Position numbers and translations under genes: made by a program
Source of the DNA: Ptychomitrium polyphyllum
Taxonomy: Eukaryota
Length of the DNA stretch: 64,000 nt
Direction: 5' to 3'
NCBI GenBank assembly: GCA_973851085.1
Contig: OZ316775.1
Coordinates: forward strand, 20,894,001-20,958,000
Notes under the pieces: generated by a model
Told to the model about the DNA's origin: nothing
Seen by the model: only the letters and a program-made list of their open reading frames with translations
Databases searched by the model: none
Part shown: one piece after another, positions 1 to 12,983 of the stretch
Position numbering within the stretch: the stretch's first letter is position 1
Layout: each line of letters opens with the position of its first letter

Positions 1-859
1 AGGTGGTGATGAAGGACTCCTAAAGTTATCCTCCTTTGTCCCTCCATGCAACTGCAGAACGCACAAACATGAAAAAGAAATGTATCCTGTTACAAAATAA
101 CGATGTTGCAGCGCTCATGCCTACAAGCCCGGATTCATTAGATGAACTGTAGATTAGCTGAATATCACCATCTGTACAACGTCAATCAGCCTGCATATCA
201 ACTGACTATCTTAAAAAGTCTACGGAAGATTCACATCCAACTGAATGATAGAAGAGAATCTCAGAGGTGGTCGAAGCATGAAATACCATGCAGAAGACTG
301 CACGACGCTCACAAACACACCAGCCAGAAAAACCAGCCAGCAGTGGGATACCCTATTTCAAAAAAATAGACACAGTTCTAGCAACACTAAACGCAAGCTG
401 CTCAGTTGACAAACGAACTCCTACCTCAAGATGTGAACCCCCTTCATTCAATTGAACATCATCAGCTCTTGAGTCTTTGTGAAGCACTTCCGATTCATCT
501 TCGTTCCTCTCGTTGCTGATTGATTGCGTTATATAAGGCTCATTCACTGCCCTCAACTTCTGAGCAATGCCTTTCCTTACCACAGGAGTGGGTATTAACG
601 AGGGACGGGATAGAGGAGTTCTACAACAAGAGCTTCGCAGAAAACCACATGGCGTTGGCAACAATGCGCAATTACCAGAGGTCAGAGGTTTTCTCCTAGA
701 GAAACTAGGTAACCCGGAATAGAAATTGGAAGAGGGGCAAAGACAAGGTATTCTTGAAAATTTTCCGTAGCAAGATCTCTCAAACGAAGATAGGCTTGTT
801 GAGATAGAAGTTGCTCCAGGGACTCCGGGAGAGAAGACAGTACTCATGGCTCCGTACAT
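1..859 (-). CDS. 5' part of a probable plastid-targeted protein (runs off the left edge); exons 859-425 and 51-<1
   Basis: Ser/Arg-rich, acid-poor N-terminus resembling a transit peptide (MYGAMSTVFSPG...). The phase-0 donor GAG|GTAGGA at 425/424 joins acceptor TGCAG| at 52/51 and continues in frame as LHGGTKEDNFRSPSSPP. Product not identifiable. Confidence 0.65.
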
Positions 860-3515
860 TGCAGCAAAGTTGAATGAGACAGTGCACCTCGACTCTCTTA
901 TTCTACTCAGAAACTATCCTTTCTAATCTCGGAATCGTAAGGGTTTGGTACAGAAAACCGCTAAAACCCCATGATTTGACTCTCTCCCGCGCCGTTCACC
1001 TCTTAACTGAGCTCCCTTCTTGCCACCATTGTTGCAGCAGCATTTTCGTGGTGATGCTGATTCGGTTGTGCAGGTTAAATATCCCCTTCCGTAAAAAAAC
1101 TGAGGAATCCAGTTATAGAGAACCTGTTCAGAAAGTACTTCGAAAACCAAACTGTTGAACGCAGAAGAAGGTACTGTGCTTGCAGAAAAATGTAAAATGT
1201 AGTGCCACCAATGACGATCTGCAAAAGAAATTGTTTTATTAAAGATCATACTATGAAGACTTGGAATGAGAATGTGCAGCCAACTAGGTCAAAGAAGCCA
1301 CAAGATAAAATTCCAGAACAAATTAGAAGACAAGGAAAAATGGAAAACAGAACGCAATTACACGTGCAAGCCTTGTCCAGACAGCTGAGTTGCAACTGTA
1401 GTGACATAAATTTCTGCGTACACTGGCTATGCTTTGAATTGGAGTTACCACATACAGAGTTGAAAAACTTGAAGAGCCAAAGGAAAAATATCGCCCATTG
1501 TGATAAATGTCGGCGAGCATGAAACTACAAAGTGCCGTTACCACATGCAACTTTCTAAACAACACACAATAAAATCCAAAACCCACAAAACTTGTCAAAG
1601 TCACAAAGCGCACTCACATCGTTACAATCGAATGGACAGCAAACTCGACCAAAAAATCTCTCAAAAAGGCACAGTTCGCAAGATGCGAGGAGTGATCACT
1701 CGTACAGCTGGAAAAATCCAAACCAACATACGCCCAGTGGAGAATGGAAGGTACACACACCAAATCATCACAGCATCACTACCCTGAGCTGGAAAACGAG
1801 ACGCACCCAAACCCTGAAAACGTGAAACTGGGACTCCAAGCACCGGAAAAATGACAACCCACCTGCCAATGAAGGCCGACAGTAGAGCGCCACGGCACAC
1901 GAGGACAAAGCTGGGGAGTGTGGTAGTGTGCACTTTGGAGAAGATGCAAAGTGAAGGATGCGAGCACAAGACGGAGGAACATTCGCCAGCGGCAATAACT
2001 GAGTGAACTTGGACGCGAGAGAATCTGGGCACACAAGCAAGCGCCTCTACGGTTCTCGTTTACTAGGGATGCTAGAAGATCCTAGCGAGAACTGGGTCCC
2101 AGCAGCAACAGCCTGATGCCTGACGCCGCCACAAACCGTCGATCACGGCTCCTGAAAGCTTATAACTCAAGTTTCGACGAGCCTGGGGCGTGACTCGTCG
2201 TGAGCGAAGTGCCGCGGTGTCCGTGCGCGGGAAACTTGGTTTGTGTGAGATTTCGGGGACGCCGTCACATCGCGGATGCGATGCAAGTGTCGCACTTTGC
2301 CTCACTTCTAAACTTCCTCCAAGTCTAGCGCTGTATTACTTTCGCAGTCAGTGAGTGTGGGATCTGGTCAACCACGAGGCCGCGCCCTGAGTCGTCGCTT
2401 CTACTCATCGTTGAGAGGTTTCTGTAACTCACTTCTTCCAGGTAAAGTCCAGGCTCTACTGCACCGATCCTTCATCGATTCGTATTCCTTGTTCATGATA
2501 TCCTCAGTCCACCATGACAGTGCGGCTTGCTGATTTACAAGAGAAACTTGTTGTTGTTTGGATCCTTCTGAGCATTTCCACATGTTACGGACCTACATAA
2601 CTTGTCAACGGATGGCAGTCTTGCGCCAGTTTGCGGAGCATGACCTCTTAGCCGATTGAGGAAAAGCCGTTTATATTCAGTCCTTTGGAGAAATTTTCAA
2701 GTAGAGTTTTCATATAGACTGGGAAGGAATTGGCTGTGCAAAATAACGCACACATAAGTAGCTAGAAGTATTTTGGACAAGACAGAGCTTGGAGTCACCT
2801 ATTCTTCCCAGTAAATGGCAGAAGTCTTCCCAGGCCCTTCATAAACTCAGCCAAGACGTTGAGTTTTATCAATCACTAGGCAGGGCCTTATAACTAGAGA
2901 TTCTTCTTTGACTGAATAAATTCATTTATGTAAAGAAACCAGAAGTACAAGGAAAACGAAACAATCATACCAATTTCCATGTAACCAAGATTCCGTGTAG
3001 ATGGTTTTGCTGAAAGATGGTATCAACCGGATAGTGGAAACATATCAATGAGCCAAGAGTCCGATTTCAACTCATTCAATAACAACGCTGTACGTGACCA
3101 CATAGAGCTGGACTGATTATGAAGGTTGTCCTGGCAACAGAAACATCTTTTAAGTCTATGAATTAGTGTTCTTCCCCTTGATAAACGAATCATGAATACA
3201 GGAAGGGAGGTTTTCTAAAGCAACTAAAACAGCCTCAAGCTGAAATCTGGTAAACAAAAGTACAATCCAGTGATCAAAAGTACACTCTAATATGAAGATG
3301 CTACTCGACCCAACTTTCTACTTCTTCTCTCGAGTCCATTAATTGGGTGCCACTTTCCAAGCCTACCTCCAGGAGGTGTCTGCTCAACCAATAGTTCATA
3401 ACATCAGCCGAAATCCTCATGATTCAAGAAATTGGGTAGGATGATGTAAAAGTCAGAATTCATCGATTAAGCCCTTGCAGTTTCAATGCTTTCACTCCAG
3501 CAACACAGATTCGTC

Positions 3516-6500
3516 CTACGAGAGACTCAACACTTCCTTCGCAAGCCATTCAGTGTTGCTCCCTCCAGCGAAGATATACATCTCCAGAAGCACACGTCGA
3601 TCTTCGACTGGTAGGTACGTAAGACCTTTAGCAGCCATCTCCATCTCGGGCTGCACCAATTCAACAACAGAGATTAGTTGTGACCTGTCGATGGACACTT
3701 TCAAATTTGCAAGCTAATTCAGACGCCACGGTTTAGGCTATTGGGTTACAAGTTTGACTATTTACATCAAATGGCATGAACGTTCTATTGCCACCGAAAT
3801 TGCATGAAGTACCTAACAGGGGTGGTGTAAAATACTGCCAGCAAGTTGTCAATCATAATTGCTTGCAAGGACACATGAATTCACGTTTTGGCATTACTGT
3901 CATGACAAATCAGAGCACGTATAACCGGAGTGAACTACTCTGCTCAAATTCTTGCTGGTATTTACCATTCCCAGGACGTAGGGACAGCCACATTCCAAAG
4001 GTAAATTTTCTTAGACTTACAGAGTTCCGAATGGGGCTAAATTTTTCATGAATTTGAACCAATCCTTCAAGCTCCTTATGTGCTGCTGTGATTTCGCCGC
4101 GCTCATGTAGTGCCTACACGCACACAAGCAACAACTCAACCCAGTAAGGAGAAGCATGTCAATAATCTACTCCAAGTCCCAAATATCAAAAAATTAGAGC
4201 AAGGTCCTCTTCCAAAGAGGTAATGATGGATGTTTCTGGCCAACAATGGACACGCTTCAAACCAGGACCACATGGACGTACAATGCGGGGTAAAATACTT
4301 ACCCAGGTCTGTAAAAAAGTTGCCCGTGTTCGAGCAGCAACAGAAGCAATAACCATAATGGCAGCTTTCTCTGCATCCAACCCTATATTGCCAGCTAGTC
4401 CCGCAATAAACTTGTCCACACCCTCGTCTAGGAATTCACCACCCCTAGTGACAATGAAACAGAGTTTGAACTGATGTCAATCTCAACAACGATTGGAACT
4501 GGAGAATCTTACAATTCTCCTAAGACTATAACATTTTAATATCCTCACGAAAGACACTAAGGCATCACCTTATCGATTTGATGTAAAAGACCATACCTTA
4601 CGCAAACATCATGAACGAGTTTCACAGCTGTACGATAGAAGGCATCACGTGTGTTTGCTGTTTCGAAGCTGACTCGTGCTCCATAATTCCGACAAAGTTC
4701 TCGTAGCTGCAGTTCATATGATGAAAGAAAAATGGTTATTTATTAGTAGCATTCAGGCACCTCCTGTGATGCAAAACAGTTACATGCAATTGTGCACCTT
4801 ACAAAAGAGAACAAAAGATAATAAAACAACTCACCTTAATTATGATATGATGCTCAAAGTCTATACCATTCATTCGCCTTTCCAGCATATCTGAACCAAA
4901 ATTGATCAGAATCAGTTCACCATCACCTGTAAAGGCTTTCTCACATAGCAAACCTCAAAACCGATGGTCCATTCGTATGCTCCACGCCATAAAACTGAAA
5001 GTACGGCCTCCAGGAGAGAAGACGTCATAAAACAATAAATATGTATAAAGTGAAGTGAAAGAAGAGAAGGTAAGAAAGATAAAAGATTCTACATCCGACA
5101 TTAATGAGGACATATTATTTTGTGCCCGAGAGCTCTAGTCTCCTGTATTTAATATGGTGTGCACGATACAAAAAAGGCACGCACATGATGGACTACAACT
5201 TTGATGAGAACATTCATCGCATTGAATTCAATGAAAGCATTGTTAAACATCATGCTACTTGTTTGCTTAAAACTCTCACCCGAAATTTACAAAATCGATG
5301 TACTCGACTGAAACCAGGGTGACAAATCTACGTACCGTTTAAGAGAAAGTTGGCCTCACTTTGGGACTGTGCGGTTATCTCGGGCGGCAACGTAGGTGCT
5401 TGCTCGGGAGCAGGCCACCAAGGTGGTAGTCGAGATTCTCTTTGTACCTTTTTGGACGTGAAAGGTTCGCTACTAACCTTCAATTGATGAAGTTCCTTTT
5501 CCGAACGGGTATCAGTCTTCACAGAATCCAAGGGACTAAGTCCTCGAGCTGTCTTGCGAAAAGCCTTCTTTGAAGGTCCATCCTCCCAGAGCTTAAGTCC
5601 ATTCTTTACGACAACCTCCTTCCCACCCAAACTCCTATCCCTGACAGTTCTGGGCCAGCTAAAACCTTCTTCCCAACCCCATCGGAATCGCCTTGCCCAC
5701 GCCACGAGGACTCGAGCAAACACAATCGTCAGAACAGTCCATATAAGCGTTCGGCCAGCAAACTCTATAGTCGACCGCCTCACTGCAATTACCACTCGCT
5801 TATCATTTTGAACTGCCACACTGGACCGAAGTTCATTCCATGCCTGCTTGCCGTCTTGAACAAAGGTTGCACCTGCCTGGACAAAGCGATCAAATAAAAA
5901 CACTTCATACCGCACTTCAAAAACAATTCCACTAATACATTTGCAGAATTAGGGCAAGTTTATACCTGCATATTCAATACTGGCTCTCCTGATTTCAGCA
6001 ATAAAACTCACCTTCCATTCTCGAATTTATAGGATAATTTCAAGCCAATTCTGACACTCTTAACGCAAATTCACTAGTCGGTTATGCTCTGAAATCAAAG
6101 GCATCAATACATCATATGCAAATTTGTGTCAGCAGCACTGCAAGTATTGATTACGAGCTCAATGTCTAAAAATGTCTTGTTGGTCACTCGCTGAGCTGCT
6201 TCCAAAGCAAGCTAGGATAAATAGCAGGAGCGCAACATCCGCGGCTGAGTCCAAGATTGACATACCTGTCTCACATTACCAACGGAAGACACCAAAGTTC
6301 TCTTAGTCGCCACCGCCGCCTCCCCTGCCCTCTGCTTCAATTCGTCCAAATCAAGCGTAATCTCCACCTTATCATCGCCACGCTGTTTCCTGGCGCCAAC
6401 TGACCCCCCTGGCAGCTCTCGCCGTCGGTTGTGTCTCCGTCCGCCGAAACTAAGTGCCGTAATTGGACTCACACCACCGCTGGAAAGGCGAAAGAAACCA

Positions 6501-6703
6501 CAGGAAGGCAACGAATCGACCCTATCACTGCGCACTCTAAACCCTCCAAAATGAGACACAGCCCCTACTCCATCGCCATCAACAACACCACCACCGCGCC
6601 GTCGTGGAAGACAACGCCTCCAACAAAGGCCTAAATCACATCGATACTTTCCACACAAACCCTGCGCTCCCGCCGAACTCACGCCACGGAGCATCATGGC
6701 CAT
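3516..6703 (-). CDS. Uncharacterised plant protein, probably plastid-targeted and membrane-associated (~504 aa); exons 6703-6266, 5876-5336, 4890-4835, 4706-4597, 4444-4303, 4113-4021, 3650-3516
   Basis: All six introns are GT-AG with compatible phases. Transit-like N-terminus, a hydrophobic segment (LIWTVLTIVFARVLVAW), an RDRSLGGKEVVV motif and a helical C-terminal region ending ...KEVLSLS*. Confidence 0.85.
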
Positions 6704-7288
6704 GGTCACTCCAAGAACGCCGTAACACCTTGCTGCCAATCCTCAGCTAATTCCAAAGAAGAGCTGCCACTCTTTCTCCGCCATGCACATCGAATCCACC
6801 ACCAGCGACCACGAAAAGCACCAATTGACCTCCCTCATGAAACCCTAGGTGACGGAAACCTCGCACAAGAGGAACTTGTGAGGCGCAGACGCAGCAAACC
6901 AGGGGATGGCAACAGAGTGCGGTCTCGGAAGTGCGCCAGGAAAGAAACTGTGACGAATCCTCCGAGGTTCTCCTGCAGAATGTGGTCTCGCGCGTCGCAG
7001 TGCAGTGGCAACGGAGATGCCGGCATGCTCGCAATGCGACTCCGCTGGGAAATCCGTGGCAACGGCCTCAACTTGACCCAAACAAGAAGGACGCGAGAAA
7101 ACAACCTCCGCTTTCTAACTTGCGAGTCGCTCCTTGTCCACAACTGCAATTTGCGCCCTCTCAAGTTCGAACTTTAGATGATCCAAGGACGACACTTATT
7201 TTCATCCTCTCATTTTCGTCCATTCTTGCTTCATTCATCTACCGCTGAGTTCATGTACCGAAAACCGTCGCAAAGCCGGAAACTTACA

Positions 7289-7343
7289 CCAGCTACCGAC
7301 TGCTTATATTTCACTCCTTGAACTGTAGTCATTTGGTAGTTGG
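7289..7343 (+). ncRNA. Candidate stem-loop RNA (miRNA-precursor-like hairpin)
   Basis: 25-bp stem with 22 of 25 positions paired (4 G-U) around a CUCCU loop, paired by hand. No match to a family I recognise. Confidence 0.25.
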
Positions 7344-9003
7344 TTGGGGATCATCCGCTGTAACGGACTTACTGAATCTGATGGTAGTATTATCTGCCCC
7401 TTTTGGTAGATTTCTGAAGTGAGATGTTTTCTTGTGGTAGATGATGTCAGATTAGGGTGCGGAGACGGTTTTAGGGCACACATCCCTCGGTGTGTTGTTT
7501 GTGCACTCTTGTGTTTTTAGCTGTTGGACCTCTGTGCTTCGTTTATAAGCGATCTTTTACAGTTTCTACTTAGATTTTAGATTTTTTGGTTGCATTTTGG
7601 TATGAATGGGTTAACTTTTTGATATGTATGGTATGTTTATCAATATTGGGTACTTTAACACCTGAGCATATGACAGAGTAGTGTTCCACTAGGTCTCTCC
7701 GGGACCTGTCCCTTTGGCTCTCTAATACCTAAAACATCTACTTATCTTTTTGGGGGTGTAGAATGTATCCCTGTTAACATTTCTTAATAATGGTATCAGT
7801 GCAAATTATGAATTTTGAAAAAAAATTAAAAAAATAATCATAATTTGAAATATTTGATGCAAACATTATTTGAAAAACATAATTATGTTTTTTAAACATT
7901 GTTTGCATCAGTAATAAATAGAAAAATTTACTCTTAGCATTTCCAATAGTCAAGCGCATAAGAACGCAAATTATAAAGTTTGATAACATATTAATTTTGC
8001 TCTTGAAACTTGTTTACTCATATATAAAAGAATGTACATCTTTTCATGAATTATACAAGGCAGAGTAAAATTGGAGCATGCATTTTATCCGATATAAATA
8101 TGTTTCATTTTCAATCATCAATAATTTTACATGTATTTATTTTCTTCTAGATACCAAATTTAACATTCACATGTAAATATTGCCTTTCTTAGACTTAGGT
8201 GATGATTAGGAACACCATTTTAAGATGTGGATCCTTATCATTCTGCCTCCATCTTGATGTCTGCACACCTTGCAATGATTGATGAACTTTAAATACTGTT
8301 AGTAGTGGTAAAAATTAGAATTTTTGCGCAAAAACGCATCTCTGTAAAAGCTCTAGTGCAGAGGACTGGACATTGTTTGTACTTTGGAAAATCATAGTTT
8401 TATCCAGAAGATGCTATTTACTAAGCTTTATATTCTGAACCATGTAGTTTGTTTTTTTACCCAGCCAAGGAAACTCAACATCCTTCCTCTGCATCAGAGC
8501 ACACCTTTGCAACAGGGCACTACCGGTTTTCTTATGAGCGGCATGCCAGATGAACCATATGCCTCTTTTTTACTCAGCCCCAAGAAACTTGACTACCAAG
8601 TTCCTAGCCTCGGAAGAACACCTTTACAAAAGTTTCGCTCTGGTCTTCAGAAATTATATATTTCACTTTTAGATTAAAACTGTAGTAGTCTTAATGCTCT
8701 TGCAGATCAAGGTGTCAATCTCAGAGTGTACTCCGGAGCAAGTTATGGGAGCTATCACCGTTGCTCCAAACATTGATCCGCTATGTACACATCCAGCTTG
8801 TCCAACCAGTTCAATTGCATCGTGCAACTCTAGGTTTCAAATTTCAACACTGAGTTGCTGCATTCCTTTCTCAATAAGCCCTACGAATGGGTTCAGTAAA
8901 CGAAACCCTCTGCACCGTTTTCAGAGTTTGGAGATCTACTTCATTGCTGCTACGGTAATTGCACATATAAGAATGGTGAAGTGGCATCGAACGACAATCG
9001 CTC

Positions 9004-9927
9004 TCATTCTTCCTTATTCTGAATATGCCCCTCATGAACAATAGCGATAGTTCGCCGGTTCGTAGCAATGACCTTTACGTAAGGGAGTATCCCGCCAATA
9101 TACCTCAATTCAGGTTCCAACCCCAGCTCACGTGCTCGGGAATACTGCAGAAAGATGTTCCCAAAAAAGTTATTCATCCCGTTCAAGACATGAAACACGG
9201 CATGCCAGAAAGGTTGTACTGGCAACGTAGTCTCCCGATTGCAAAGCTTCTGGTCAATACCCCAGATCGTAATTGCGCATGAGAAGCAGAGTAGATACTG
9301 ATGCGCCAACCGCAAAGCCAAGGAATCGGTGGTGTTCATGTAATGCTTAACCATACCGGGAGCACACACCAATATATGAAACACATAATGCAGCTCAAAC
9401 TCTAACATGGAGTGGTGTATTGAATGCAGAACCGCAAAAGCAACTGCATACACGACTAACATAACGTGTAAAACTGGCTTGAAGTAGGCGCCATGAATAT
9501 CTGGAGAATAGAGCGTGTAGATATACACCAGCATAATCCACACCATAGGAATTTCATCCGTGTGCTGCTGCCTGGATTTCGAACCACATAAACCGACCAT
9601 CGGTAAGACACGAAAGCTAACATGACCTACCTCGCCCCATTTTAAAAGAAAAGGAGAGAAGAGAGCAACTCACCTGAACTTTAACGAGCAGTGCTGCAGC
9701 ATACTTGCGAGACCCACAACGACGGAGACAATGTGCAAAATCTTGAACCTGTACTCAAACCTCATGTGCACGGCGTTAATATACCCTATCAACGCCAGAA
9801 TAATGCCAGGAATGTTAGAGAGTGTGTTGAAAGCCTCGGTCAGCATTGGCGTCTGACCAACGCCCGTATCACACCATCCCACACTGCGAACCCAGCTCGG
9901 CACCTCCTCCCACAGCAACGCCAGCAT
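9004..9927 (-). CDS. ACER: Alkaline ceramidase-like protein (CREST superfamily), divergent; exons 9927-9674 and 9571-9004
   Basis: Motifs EAFNTLSN, ASMLQH (SxxxH), QQHTDEIPMVW, YSPD, HAVFH (HxxxH) and C-terminal GGILPYVKV are collinear with plant ACER. The 102-nt GT-AG intron is phase 2. Confidence 0.88.
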
Positions 9928-10576
9928 CCTGGTCTGCGATCGAAACCCTAATCCAGGCCTCGCCAAAACACTTGTGTGGTCTGATTGGAAAAGCCCTGCG
10001 ACGTGAGCACCGAGCACTTCCCTGAAAGAAACTTGACACGATCCATAGCTCTTCCAGCGTGCACGCAGATCAGCACTGTCGCAATCACGCGCGGCGACAA
10101 ATCGGCTGCCACATCATTCACAATGCTTCATAATTTTGCCGACAGTGGTCGGAGGTCTCCACCTCGATATAAAACTGCGCCGCTGCCTGCGCCAGAAAAT
10201 CGTTGCGATGGATGCATTTTATCCGCTCGCGTGGCTTCCACTGGGCTTTTGTTTTTGGCTCAGGGTCGCCAATCTTCAACAAAACTAGTCACAGTCAATC
10301 TGTGTAGAGTCAATTTGAATGGGCACAGTTGTCGCGAAACTCAAGTGAAAATTCCTTGTATCCACAAGCAGATGGCAAAACTAGTTTTGAGGGAGTTTAG
10401 AGACAGGCTGAAACAAATACCTTTTATCTTCTACGACCAAGTTCAAAGTTGTTAAGGTTCTTCCACATCTACAAATATTACACATGCATTTGGAAGGAGG
10501 ACGAGTTTACTTGTGCATGTTATTGAATTTAAAGTTTGTACTGAATCGTGGTTTATAACTTAAAATTGGGTTTGCC

Positions 10577-10694
10577 TATATAAACAAATTAATTAAGATG
10601 CTGAGATGCTTTAAGGATTTCAAGGAAATAGAGTTATATAAACAAATTAATTAAGATGCTGAGATGCTTTAAGGATTTCAAGGAAATAGAGTTA
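10577..10694. repeat. Perfect tandem duplication of a 58-bp unit in AT-rich intergenic DNA
   Basis: tatataaacaaattaattaagatgctgagatgctttaaggatttcaaggaaatagagt occurs at 10577 and at 10635. Confidence 0.95.
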
Positions 10695-12188
10695 GTAGTC
10701 AAGAGCATTTTTATTAGTTTTTTCTATCACTAATTTTGTTTTAAAAAAATAAAACTTCAATCTTGACTTTGCTTAATTTATTAGTAATGTATTTTTTCTT
10801 GTTTGTGTTATGTTTCCAAAATAAGGGAGAAAAATGCCTACTAATATTTCTATGAAGATTTTTTAAGAACATTTAAAATTAGCAAAAAGAAAGGCACCAT
10901 AGTAGGAAATTGTAGTATACATCTACATGCCTTGTAATATTGCTTAAGATTTCTCTACACAATTTAGAGATATTGATATCCATCTATTGATAGTGCTTTA
11001 ATACCTGTATTTCACCTTTTGCTTTATTTTTCCTCTTACTTGTGTTTAAGTGCTATTTTAAGCTAAAATGATAAAGATAGAGGTTAATTTCTATATACTA
11101 AGTTATCAAAATACTTAAGTGATAAAAGTGATAATTGAAATAATTGAATTTATATCAAAATTAGTCTTAAGATATATAATAATGTGACATTCTTAACATG
11201 ACAATTTCATTCTATTGGATCCAAGCATGTTTAAAGTATCAAATATTAACTATTATAGTTTAACAAAAATAGACAATAAAAAATTTCAAGTAATAAATCA
11301 ATGATCAAAGTTTGAGATATAAAAAGAATTGCACTATGGTAACAATAAAGCATGTTCAAGGATAAATTAACATATTGATTACAAGTTGCTAGATAATTCT
11401 AAATATTGTACATGTTACTTATTTAGCTTTTTTTTTTGTCCTAGGTAAGCACCTTAATTCTTTTTTAAGTCTTAATAGAATGATTGCTTTAAACCATATA
11501 TATGCACAACATCCATTATTTATTAACACTTATTTTGAGACACTAAAACATTTTTATATAAATTTAATATTCTTTCTTTCATTTCTAATATCTTCATTGA
11601 CAAATCTTCATTAAGCATGTATATGTCTATGACTTAGTACTCTTATATATTTTGGTTCACACAATCTAAATCATAATTCCATGAATAGGTTTAATATATA
11701 CATAAAAATCCTTAAAGATACTTTCAACCCTACTCTTAAAAGCAAAAACAAATCTCAATTGAAGAGGAGAAGCAACGAGGAACAGGCATCGAAGGCATCA
11801 TCTTTATTCATGGAAAACTGTACCGAAAACCGCCATGATGTGGTTGGAAGCTCACAATTGGAAACCCATGCAAGCCAATTTGACATTTAAGGACCATGTG
11901 AGTATATGAAAATTCCGTGCAAGCACGATTCTTATAGGCTGTGCCCACAGACGGGCCCCACATATGGCAGCCATCAGGATCGCACTCCGGTCACCACTTA
12001 AAGCACACTGATGCCCACTGGTGCCCACTGTACTCTGAACGGTAAACGAAACGAGGCCGTTACTGAGCCAGGCCTTGCGCGGGTCCTCCTTCGAAGGCTG
12101 ACCAGGTCAACAAAAGTATGCGACTAAGTCAGTGACATCAGCATCCCCACACGCATCATGTCGGAATCTTAAGATTCCTCATTGATCG

Positions 12189-12196
12189 CACGTGTC
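12189..12196 (+). promoter_or_regulatory. G-box/ABRE (CACGTGTC) upstream of the AP2-domain gene
   Basis: Exact match to the ACGTGTC ABRE core about 800 bp upstream of the ATG. Several TGCCCAC motifs lie at 11940-12030. Function unproven. Confidence 0.35.
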
Positions 12197-12983
12197 ATTG
12201 GTCTATTGGTCCGGTTACTGCTCCGCATGCCTCCTTTAAACAACTTACGGTTCCAGATTCCCAGAAGTGCCCCACAGCGTTTCTAATGGGCAGTATCAAA
12301 CAGTTTAAGAGGTCAGATCTGCACTGGGGCAATATTGTACTGTAACGACGCTGTTCACTGAGCTTTCATTCAAGGCCAACACTGTTCTGTACCCCAAACC
12401 AGCGGGGACTACGATAAGATTGCACTTGACCGTCCTGTATCTATTTTCTGTATGGATAATGTGGAGTTTGCGTGGAGTCTTGCTGTTGTGGATGCTGTAT
12501 TGATTTGGCCTGTGAACAGTTTCTTCGCTCGCTCACGAATCGATGCGTCTCGGATCTGTGTGAAGAGGGTCTGTCGAAGCGCCCGCCTTGCTCGGGCCCC
12601 CACCTCGCCCCTGCTCGCCCGTACCGAGGAGTGCACCATCACCGTTACTGTACCCAAAACCAACGTTATCTACCGGTTGACACTGAAACCACTGCAATCT
12701 AGATGAGCATGTAGATGTGCATTCTTTAGCGCAGCCCATACAGTCTCTAACCCCATATGTGGACCGAAATCTAGATACCACTCGTCAGTTCGATCACGTC
12801 GATCAGGTCGAGTGTGGAGATCGGCCCTAAACAATTTCACGTTTCCCTTGCGGTGGGGAGGTAGACAGCATGTGGTCTGTCGCGACGGCAACGATGATGG
12901 TGGAATAATTGCGTGCTATAGTACTACTGCAGGGAAGGGTTGAGAAGCTGGGGTTTCGAAGGGCGGCGGAGGGTGCAGCAGCG

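Noticed and set aside
7450..7480. Telomerase RNA template (CCCTAAAACC on the minus strand)
   Set aside because: It does not template TTTAGGG, and I found no upstream USE element.
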